From an uncultured Bacteroides sp. (GTDB lineage Bacteria > Bacteroidota > Bacteroidia > Bacteroidales > GCA-2748055): a stretch of DNA of 64,000 nt. Under the pieces are notes generated by a model that did not search any database, was not told the DNA's origin, and was given only the letters and a program-made list of their open reading frames with translations. Positions 56,402 through 64,000 of this stretch are shown here, piece after piece. Position numbers and translations under genes: made by a program. Each line of letters opens with the position of its first letter. Position 1 is the stretch's first letter. The stretch is from positions 1,604 to 65,603 of the forward strand of contig CAYXUD010000148.1 of NCBI GenBank assembly GCA_964467775.1, read 5' to 3'.

Positions 56402-57304
56402 TTAATACTCCCAGAGATCGTGCTCCATTTCGAACAGGTCTTCCTTGATCCTTTCTGCTTCAAGCAGTATGTCCTGACCTGTTTTGTACTGCTGCACAAA
56501 CCTGTCTCCCATTACATTTGATTCAGCGATGATGGTGCTGGTGAACCGCCGCTGGAAAAAGAGGTCATCAAAGGAGATCTGCTGTGCATCGTTATTGGGA
56601 TTGTAGACTGAATGGGTGGCAAACAGCCTCCGGCACTGGGGAAAATAAACGATGAAGGGAACCCTTTGCAGCGGTTCAGGCCTGATGTTGTTTTGCTCAT
56701 CATACATGTCGTACCAGACCGGTGCCAATCCGATGATGCGGACATTCATCGTGGAATGCTTCTTGTCAAAATACCATTGTTCCTGGATCTCAAATTTCAG
56801 CACATTCTCGAAATTATAATCAATGTAGGCACTTCCATCATCCAATGGTACTGAATCAGCAAAATTCTTCATGCTGTTGATTTCCTGAATGGTAGTGATT
56901 TTTGAAAAGGGATCTTTCCATCCGACATTCGGCTGGTATGCATATGGTGTAACCTCTTCGGTCTCTATTCCTTTCATGAGAAGCCCCACCAGATTATACC
57001 TTTCACCACTCGACATAACTCCGGAAACGGGATAGCGGAGAGCCATATTGGCGCGCTGCCTCAGGTCGATCACCCTCCAGATGGTCTTGGCCCACATCAC
57101 ATCCGCCTCCCGTATATAGGCATAAGGAACGGGTTTCTTTTCCGGAATGATGGTCTCTTTTTTATATACATCCGTTCTGGGGGCATAAGCCGTCATAGAC
57201 GGAGTGCTTCCGGGTGTGAGGGATGTGGTCACTTCCTGCGCGGATAAAGTAGCTGCAAAAATGGTGCATGCTGATAATCCGATGATAATCCTTCTAGCCT
57301 TCAT
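56402..57304 (-). CDS. gldN: T9SS/gliding protein GldN/PorN
   Basis: READVMWAKTIWRVIDL, WYFDKK..RIIGLAP and EHDLWEY motifs. Confidence 0.93.
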   Translation of the reverse strand: MKARRIIIGLSACTIFAATLSAQEVTTSLTPGSTPSMTAYAPRTDVYKKETIIPEKKPVPYAYIREADVMWAKTIWRVIDLRQRANMALRYPVSGVMSSGERYNLVGLLMKGIETEEVTPYAYQPNVGWKDPFSKITTIQEINSMKNFADSVPLDDGSAYIDYNFENVLKFEIQEQWYFDKKHSTMNVRIIGLAPVWYDMYDEQNNIRPEPLQRVPFIVYFPQCRRLFATHSVYNPNNDAQQISFDDLFFQRRFTSTIIAESNVMGDRFVQQYKTGQDILLEAERIKEDLFEMEHDLWEY

Positions 57305-57305
57305 T

Positions 57306-58895
57306 TTATCTTACTCTAATGTTAATGGGATTGAGTGACCGGACTTTGCCATCCGGTCCGATCGCTTTCACCTGAGAAATGGAGATAATCTGGCCGCTTC
57401 TCATGCTTCTGAAAATCGCTTTCTGCTCACTGGTAAACGCATTGCCTTTGGCTGGCTCCACCACGTACTTTCCATTGGCATCGGTAAAACCGATTTCAAA
57501 CTCGGTGACTTTAAAATCAACCTCGAAAAGGAAATCCTCCGCCTCAGCCTTCACGATATCGAGCCCTGCCAGCTGACCGACCGAAAGAACACCTTCGCTG
57601 CCCTGGATACCACTGACCCTTGCATCGGGATCAGGAATCTCACGTACCCTGAATTCTTCCTGGGTCATCAGCTTTGAAGTACCGTCCACCTGGGTATAAA
57701 CACTGACAATGGCTTTATCCCCCTGCGTGCCGGGCTTCACCTCGTATTCGCCGGCACTGATCCGCCTGATGCTGTGGGGACTGTTTATGGTAGCTTTTAC
57801 TGTACTTTCAGCTACGCTGCCTGCCGAAATCCTCACAGGATTGGAGATCCCCCGATAGAAGACGTTCATGGCGGTAGCTGAGACGGTGGCATTGGCCTTG
57901 GCCACTTCATACGTCTCTTCGAATGGCTGACTGTAGATGCGCCCTTCATGCTCCAGTTGGATGGTACCGGCCCATGTGCGGAATCCTAAGGTATTGGGAG
58001 TGACAGTGTAAATGCCCTTCCCCTGTTCAACCGGGAGCATGGTACCGTCACTGAGTTTTACCTCGGGCATTTTGGTGGAATCATATCCCGCAAGGAATAC
58101 CTTGGCCCGGTACTCCTGCCCGGGGAAGACCAGGCTCCGTTCAGGGATCACAACCGCCTCGATGGAATTCACGGGAATGGACCCTGCATCCACCTGTGAA
58201 AGGAGATAATTGATCATCTCTGCCTCCACGTTCCTGACATCTGCCTGCATCTTGGAGAGCAATGTAATTACCGCAGCCAGTGGCAGATCTTCAAAATAAC
58301 CGGATTGCCAGGTGAGGGTCTCAGATTTCTTCCTGCTATGGGAAAGCTTATCGGGAGGTTCAGTACTCAGGTTATTCTCAATGGCCTCGACCGTCGAGGC
58401 ATACTTCTCCTTGTCTTCAATGGTGGAGAGCATGTATTCACGGGTTTCATCGAGCATCCGTTTCAGCTCCTTGTACCTTCTGCCTCCCTCTTCGGTGATC
58501 ATCACCTCGGCCCCCCTTTCCAGGTTGTCCTTCACCTTTACCTCGTGCCAGTCTATCTCGCCGTCAACAATGGCATCTTCATCCTTGTCACGTATGATAT
58601 CCAGCTTGCACTCCTGGAGAAAATTATAAAGCTCATCGGTTCGGGTGCGCACTTCATTGGCCCGGTCCATCCACATGCCCACCTTTTCTTCATTCTCTTC
58701 AGCCAGAAAAGCGAACCTGCTGTAGGAGGCCTCGTTCTTTGCTGCAAAGGCTTCAGTGGTTATCTTCAGGCCGTTGTCAACCAGTACGAAAGCATCGAGA
58801 ACCTCCTTCGATACGTTCAGGGCAAGCATGGCGGTCAGCACGAGATACATCATGCCGATCATCTTTTGTCTCGGTGTTTCGTTACCGTGTGCCAT
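57306..58895 (-). CDS. gldM: T9SS/gliding motor protein GldM/PorM
   Basis: PRQKMIGMMYLVLTAMLALNVS and MNVFYRGISNP motifs. Confidence 0.95.
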   Translation of the reverse strand: MAHGNETPRQKMIGMMYLVLTAMLALNVSKEVLDAFVLVDNGLKITTEAFAAKNEASYSRFAFLAEENEEKVGMWMDRANEVRTRTDELYNFLQECKLDIIRDKDEDAIVDGEIDWHEVKVKDNLERGAEVMITEEGGRRYKELKRMLDETREYMLSTIEDKEKYASTVEAIENNLSTEPPDKLSHSRKKSETLTWQSGYFEDLPLAAVITLLSKMQADVRNVEAEMINYLLSQVDAGSIPVNSIEAVVIPERSLVFPGQEYRAKVFLAGYDSTKMPEVKLSDGTMLPVEQGKGIYTVTPNTLGFRTWAGTIQLEHEGRIYSQPFEETYEVAKANATVSATAMNVFYRGISNPVRISAGSVAESTVKATINSPHSIRRISAGEYEVKPGTQGDKAIVSVYTQVDGTSKLMTQEEFRVREIPDPDARVSGIQGSEGVLSVGQLAGLDIVKAEAEDFLFEVDFKVTEFEIGFTDANGKYVVEPAKGNAFTSEQKAIFRSMRSGQIISISQVKAIGPDGKVRSLNPINIRVR

Positions 58896-58915
58896 AAGTC
58901 ACTATTATTGGATTT

Positions 58916-59878
58916 TTACTTCTTTCTGATGCTCATGGCGGAGAGCATGTTGCCGTATACATTGTTGAGTTCAGCAAGGCTTTCGCTCAGTTTTACGATT
59001 TCGTTCTTATATTTCTGTGTCTCTTCCACAGAGGCCCGGAGATTGGCAATCATCTCACTGAGACCTTTATAAACACCCGCGGTGCCCTGCAGGTGGTCTT
59101 TGCTTCCCTTCACCTGGTCAGCATAGGTGGTATTCAGTTCGGACAGGTTCCTGGTCAGGGTTTCGAGCTGACTGTTGAACTGCTTCTGGCTTTCCGAGAT
59201 CTGTGAATGCTCCTGCCTGACCTCGCCTGACATGGCTTCATAGGTGGCCGTCAGGTTGGCACTTGACAATGCAAACTTCTCGGCAATGTCCTTGCCTTTC
59301 TGATCGATCAGCGAGGCGGTATGCTTGTATGACTCGGCCAGGGTGTTCACCGATTCGTTCAGGACACTGGTATTGGTTCCATAGGCTGTGGCCACATTGT
59401 CCATGTTCTGTGCGGCATGGCCCATCTTGTCAAAATACTCCTTGGTGGCCAGCGATGATTTGGTGATATCCCCGATGGTTTCCGTCGTGGAAGAGATGGT
59501 ATTCAGGTGTTTTCCTAGACTGCGTATATCTTCGGCATTGATCTGGGATTGCTGAAAGAGTTCGTCAAATTTCTGCAGACCCACGTTCCTGTCAGCGATG
59601 GCCTGTTCCTTGTATTCGTCAATCTCATCAGGGTCTGACATTCCGGCCAGCTCAGGGTAAACCAGTGTCCAGTCCAGTTCTTCATGAAGTGGTTCGAACG
59701 CTGAAAAGAAAAAGATAATTGCCTCAGTGATCAGGCCGCAGGATAATGCAATACCCGAGCCCGGCCAGTGCATAATTTTGAAGAGTGCTCCAGTAATCAC
59801 AATAGAAGCCCCGAAACCATACATCTTGGCCGTAAAACTCTTCCAGCCCGAAGTTTGAACTAATTCTGTAATTCCCAT
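58916..59878 (-). CDS. gldL: T9SS/gliding motor protein GldL/PorL
   Basis: YGFGASIVITGALFKIMHW, TEAIIFFFSAFEP, WTLVYPEL and LNNVYGNMLSAM motifs. Confidence 0.95.
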   Translation of the reverse strand: MGITELVQTSGWKSFTAKMYGFGASIVITGALFKIMHWPGSGIALSCGLITEAIIFFFSAFEPLHEELDWTLVYPELAGMSDPDEIDEYKEQAIADRNVGLQKFDELFQQSQINAEDIRSLGKHLNTISSTTETIGDITKSSLATKEYFDKMGHAAQNMDNVATAYGTNTSVLNESVNTLAESYKHTASLIDQKGKDIAEKFALSSANLTATYEAMSGEVRQEHSQISESQKQFNSQLETLTRNLSELNTTYADQVKGSKDHLQGTAGVYKGLSEMIANLRASVEETQKYKNEIVKLSESLAELNNVYGNMLSAMSIRKK

Positions 59879-59890
59879 TATGTAAAGTGT

Positions 59891-61282
59891 TTAATTAGTA
59901 TCACCCAAAAATGAACGCACGCACCTGAATCCTATGAAGGATCTTGCAGAATCCTGATATTCGAAATCACGGGTGCTTACCTGGAGATAACGGGCTACAT
60001 CTTTCCAGGAACCACCTCTTATCACTTTCCGCTTCATCACCGGCGGATCATCAGGTTTGGCATCGTAGCTGTAATAGGGGTTCATATCGTGTGAAAAGAC
60101 ATAAGCCGAGGGGTCATAGGCAGTAATGGTCCATTCAGCCACATTTCCAGCCATGTCATACAATCCGAACTCGTTGGGATTACCACTGTAGTGGGCTACC
60201 CTCGTAGGATACATGGAGCCATCGTCCGTATAGTTGCCCCTCAGGGGCTTGAAGTTCGCGATGAAACAACCGTGCATGTTCCTGAGATAGACCCCTCCCC
60301 ATGGATACATGTTGTGCTTGAGGCCTCCACGGGCGGCATATTCCCATTCCGCTTCAATAGGGAGCCTGTAATTCTGCACAACGGGCTGGTTGCTGCTGAC
60401 CAGTGCCCAGTTCAGGTAATTGGTCCTCCAGATACAGAAAGCATTGGCCTGTTTCCAGGTGACCCCCACAACAGGATAGTTGTCGTATGAGGGAGACCGG
60501 AAATACATGTTGGTCATGGGTTCGTTGTAGGAATAGGTGAAATCGGCAATCCAGACAAGGGTGTCGGGGTAGACAAGCACCCAGTCCTTGTTCACAAATG
60601 AAGACCTGCTGGTTACATCTTCCTGTGTGCCGTCCGGCCGGGTTACAGTACCCTCGTAAGTGACCACGGGATCGGTGGTACCGCCGGAATAATCCAGCTT
60701 GAACCGGTTGGAGGCCTTGGAGGCTTGCATCAGATCCACCCAGTAGTAGTTGTAGATGAGCTTGGTGACGTTGATCTCCGGAGCAATGTAAGTGAGGCGG
60801 TCGGCCCCGCTGTAGTAGATTCCCAGGTCATCAATGATCTGCTGGATATTGCCTTCCTTGTCTTTCTTGGCATTCAGGGGCGTGTTCCAGTTGATGATCG
60901 GTTCGCCGTCCCTGTCCTCATAGGGCTGGTCCTCATCGTCTTTCAGGATAAAATCTTCCACTCCCTGAATGGCAAGTTCCTTACGGATGATGGAGTCGCG
61001 AACCCAGTCAACATACTGCCTGTATTCGGTGTTGGTGATCTCAGTTTCATCCATCCAGAATGCATCGACCGCCACAGTTCTCGACATGGCATTCTGCGTC
61101 CAGGTTATATCCATGTCACTGGGACCCATGGCAAAGGATCCGTTGGGTATGGGTCTCATGCCGTGCGGAACCGGTTCAGCATATGCTTTTCGTCCCTGAA
61201 CCCCGATAAGTTCCCCAGTGTTGTATGTGCCACAACTTGCGATGATTGTCACGAGGACAATGAATACAACGATTCGTTTCAT
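59891..61282 (-). CDS. gldK: T9SS/gliding lipoprotein GldK/PorK
   Basis: Lipobox IASC, FGE-like domain (YPVVGVTW, RLPIEAEWEYAARGG, GFRCV) and VYPDTLVW. Confidence 0.95.
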   Translation of the reverse strand: MKRIVVFIVLVTIIASCGTYNTGELIGVQGRKAYAEPVPHGMRPIPNGSFAMGPSDMDITWTQNAMSRTVAVDAFWMDETEITNTEYRQYVDWVRDSIIRKELAIQGVEDFILKDDEDQPYEDRDGEPIINWNTPLNAKKDKEGNIQQIIDDLGIYYSGADRLTYIAPEINVTKLIYNYYWVDLMQASKASNRFKLDYSGGTTDPVVTYEGTVTRPDGTQEDVTSRSSFVNKDWVLVYPDTLVWIADFTYSYNEPMTNMYFRSPSYDNYPVVGVTWKQANAFCIWRTNYLNWALVSSNQPVVQNYRLPIEAEWEYAARGGLKHNMYPWGGVYLRNMHGCFIANFKPLRGNYTDDGSMYPTRVAHYSGNPNEFGLYDMAGNVAEWTITAYDPSAYVFSHDMNPYYSYDAKPDDPPVMKRKVIRGGSWKDVARYLQVSTRDFEYQDSARSFIGFRCVRSFLGDTN

Positions 61283-61363
61283 AGTACAACGCTTAAAAGA
61301 TGCAAAAACCAGCCTTTTACGAATTGTTTAAATTATAAAAAACAATTTAAATATAGGTAAATT

Positions 61364-62302
61364 TTACAAAAATCTTATACTCTTATACTTTTGCGGACTC
61401 TTGTCAATACTGAGATCGAAGCAATATCGAACCGTCACTTCATGTGAACCGCTGTTGTAGTTCAGCAGGGGTGAAAGTTCAAAATCATATGAATATCCGA
61501 TCCTGAGTCCGTTCATCAGTTCAATTCCAAGAAGTGCCGTCAGGGCACCGCTTACAGAATAAGAAACTCCTCCCCAGAACCTTTTATTGTATCGCACATT
61601 GGTATTCAGGTAGAGCAGGTGTGACCGGCCATCCGACTGCAGCATCAGCGAGGGAATGATCTCAAACATGGGATTGGTCAGCTGAATATTGTATCCGGCA
61701 AGCAGGTAATAATGCCTGATCAGCTTGGTCTCCTCGTTCTCCTCGGGATAGATGAAAGAGGTCTGGTTGAGATGGGTGGTTGACAGGCCAACGTAAAGGT
61801 TATCTGTATTGTAGTAGACCCCGAGTCCCATGTCAAAACCAAAAACGCTTCCCCCGCTGCCCGGGATGGACGGGTCCCCTTCGACATCGATGATGTCGGC
61901 CCCGTTCCAGTCAGGGGAAAGGGACTGGTTGGCAACCCCCACATTGGCACCGATGCCAAGGCGGCCCATGCCCAGCTCGATCCTGAATGCATAAGAGGCA
62001 CTGAACAGGAAATCATTGTTGAACGCCAGGTTGTCATTCATCAGGTTCAACCCTATCCCGTGGGTCCTTCCCAGGAAACTGAGCGGCATGTGGGCGGTGA
62101 AAGTGGTGGTTATCGGGGCATTGGGAAGGCCGGTCCACTGGTTCCGGAATGCGGCTGCAAGGCAGATCTTGTCACTGCTGCCCACGGCACCGGGATTGAA
62201 TACAGGTGCCATAAACATATTCTGGCTGAATTTCGGATCCTGCTGTGCCAGCAAACCTGTTTCAATAATTCCGAAAAAGATTATGATAACCAGTCTCTTC
62301 AT
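61364..62302 (-). CDS. porP: T9SS membrane protein PorP
   Basis: QQDPKFSQNMF..NPG, RNQW, GYSYD..GSHE and KYKSIRFL tail; position directly upstream of porK. Confidence 0.88.
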   Translation of the reverse strand: MKRLVIIIFFGIIETGLLAQQDPKFSQNMFMAPVFNPGAVGSSDKICLAAAFRNQWTGLPNAPITTTFTAHMPLSFLGRTHGIGLNLMNDNLAFNNDFLFSASYAFRIELGMGRLGIGANVGVANQSLSPDWNGADIIDVEGDPSIPGSGGSVFGFDMGLGVYYNTDNLYVGLSTTHLNQTSFIYPEENEETKLIRHYYLLAGYNIQLTNPMFEIIPSLMLQSDGRSHLLYLNTNVRYNKRFWGGVSYSVSGALTALLGIELMNGLRIGYSYDFELSPLLNYNSGSHEVTVRYCFDLSIDKSPQKYKSIRFL

Positions 62303-62478
62303 TGGGCTTTGAATTCTCCTGCAGGCTTTATTATTCGTGCTTTAGAAGCACAAGTAAAATAAGCAAAAATAGTTCTATCAAACAAATTTTATTAACAGTG
62401 AGTTATTCAGATCACACGTGATCACTGCGGGCCCTAAACTGCTAAAATCCACCCCGGTTCCGGATATAAGAACGTCAA

Positions 62479-63654
62479 TTATTCAGGATCATTACCAAGC
62501 CTGTGCAAATAACGCCACCAGCGGTCCGGAATCTCCTGGTTGCAGGCGTGCTGGTAATCCTCATACGAACATGAAACAAAAAAGTTATAACCGGTAAGCG
62601 GATTCTTAACAGGGATCTCCATCCACCACCTTTCTGAAAGGGTACTTTTATGAAAAACAATGTCGTGGCCGGCAGCATTCAGATTCACGATAAACTTCCT
62701 GATATGCTCCGGGGTATCGACAGGATTTTCCCTGATTCGGTGTGCAAGGCCGTCGAGGAAGTACCAGGCTGCCTGTGCGGTGAGGTGGGCGGTCTGCCCG
62801 TTCAGGTCCCTGGAGGGAATGAACTCGAACAGACCGATGCAGTCCACCTGTTCGCTCATGCCGGCATACCTGGTGATCTGGCACAATTCGTCCCCGAAGA
62901 ACCCGTTCGGGGAGGGGATCGATGCCCCGGGGGCATCTGAATGCCTCACCGCACCCAGGTCAATGCTGACAAACCCGGAATCCCTGATCAGCGGCTCCGA
63001 CTGCTTCATGTTGCTGCGGGCCACACCCAGCCGGATACTCTCCAGGTACGACCTTTCCAGCTGTTCCAGCTGGGCACTGGATGCAAAACAGGCCTGGTGA
63101 CCGAGGTTGGTAAAAGTGAACCGTTCCATGAAGCCGGGTTGCAGCAACTGGTTCAGATAGTTTCTTGAATGCAGCGTTCCGGTTGAACTGGAAAAGTCGA
63201 GCATGGAATCAATGGTCAGCACCTGGTGCAATCCTTCCTCTCTCTCCATGGCAAGGAAGACACCGCGGCTCAGGTCCTGTGAGCCGCCAAGGATCAGGCA
63301 GACCAGCCGCCGCTCCTTCAGCTCGAGGAGAATATCCCTGACAGCAAAATAGGTATCACTGACCGATCCTCCTTTCTTGACATTGCCAAGGTCATAGACC
63401 TTCAGCCCCCGGTTGACCCTGACCAGCTGGAAAAGCTGGCTCCTCACCGCATCCGGGGAGTCCTTGCTGCCCTTCACAAAACCGTTTCTGTCTTCGGGCA
63501 CCCCCATGATGACCGCCTGGTGCCTGTCCAACTCCCTGATGGGCTGATCAGGAGTATGGACCGAAATATGGTGGCTGAATGATTCCCGGTTATCCAGGTA
63601 TTCGAATTCGGGTCTTTCCAGGCTGACTGGATCGAAGTATCCGTTGAGGTCCAT
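62479..63654 (-). CDS. Arginase/formimidoylglutamase-family protein with degenerate metal sites
   Basis: GVPEDR, DLGNV, LGGSQD and SPNGF motifs; usual position between topA and the gld genes. Confidence 0.82.
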   Translation of the reverse strand: MDLNGYFDPVSLERPEFEYLDNRESFSHHISVHTPDQPIRELDRHQAVIMGVPEDRNGFVKGSKDSPDAVRSQLFQLVRVNRGLKVYDLGNVKKGGSVSDTYFAVRDILLELKERRLVCLILGGSQDLSRGVFLAMEREEGLHQVLTIDSMLDFSSSTGTLHSRNYLNQLLQPGFMERFTFTNLGHQACFASSAQLEQLERSYLESIRLGVARSNMKQSEPLIRDSGFVSIDLGAVRHSDAPGASIPSPNGFFGDELCQITRYAGMSEQVDCIGLFEFIPSRDLNGQTAHLTAQAAWYFLDGLAHRIRENPVDTPEHIRKFIVNLNAAGHDIVFHKSTLSERWWMEIPVKNPLTGYNFFVSCSYEDYQHACNQEIPDRWWRYLHRLGNDPE

Positions 63655-63666
63655 GGGATGTGCCGT

Positions 63667-64000
63667 TTATGTGGTTCCTTTTTTTGTCCTGGCATCGGCT
63701 TTTCTGATGATCTCCCGGCACTCTTCAAGGCTGAGCTCTTCAGGTTTTTTACCCTTGGGGATCCTGTAATTCTTCTTCAGGAAGGCGATATAGGGACCAT
63801 ACCTTCCGTTGAGGATCTGCAGGCCGGGCTCCTCATCAAATTGCTTGATATTCCTGTTTTCTTCCCGGGTCCGTTTCTCCTCTATGATCTCGATGGCCCT
63901 CTCCACCTGCATGGTATAGGGGTCATCAGTTTTGGCCAGGCTGTAGAACCTGGATTTATGGCGAACGTACGGACCATATTTCCCCACCCCGATCACCAGT
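63667..64000 (-). CDS. topA: DNA topoisomerase I, C-terminal repeats (partial)
   Basis: Two Toprim C-terminal repeats, GKYGPYV and GRYGPYI. Confidence 0.88.
   Translation of the reverse strand, partial: LVIGVGKYGPYVRHKSRFYSLAKTDDPYTMQVERAIEIIEEKRTREENRNIKQFDEEPGLQILNGRYGPYIAFLKKNYRIPKGKKPEELSLEECREIIRKADARTKKGTT

Noticed and set aside
5166-62302. Most signal-peptide cleavage sites are followed by Gln
   Set aside because: This is the known Bacteroidota Q-rule (pyroglutamate N-termini); useful for taxonomy but not novel.
62410-62423. Imperfect palindrome GATCAC-AC-GTGATC upstream of porP
   Set aside because: The 6-bp arms occur once and could be chance; cannot be supported without conservation data.

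Overview
Gene-dense chromosomal window from a Bacteroidota genome, most like Bacteroidales/Marinilabiliales. The assignment rests on TAnnTTTG -7 promoter elements, Gln after most signal-peptide cleavage sites, T9SS genes and a fused secDF. It holds about 51 CDSs: tldD/tldE, an acyl-CoA ligase/GNAT/FAD-oxidoreductase cassette, purF, gpmI, mdh, secDF, an OmpR-type two-component system, tatA, ribE, metK (with a SAM-II riboswitch), gldA, asnS, rpoN, a 1978-aa SprB-repeat T9SS substrate with its porP/sprF partner, rbfA, trpS, ung, a TonB-dependent receptor, mlaEF, porP-gldKLMN and a partial topA. I saw no tRNA, rRNA, CRISPR array or mobile element. The most interesting unannotated signal is a candidate ~70-nt sigma54-dependent small RNA between the 3' ends of trpS and ung: a -24/-12 promoter, a cUUCGg hairpin and an intrinsic terminator. 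Its promoter matches, at 14 of 17 positions, a second sigma54-type promoter in front of a secreted TPR protein. All calls come from reading the sequence; no database searches were run.
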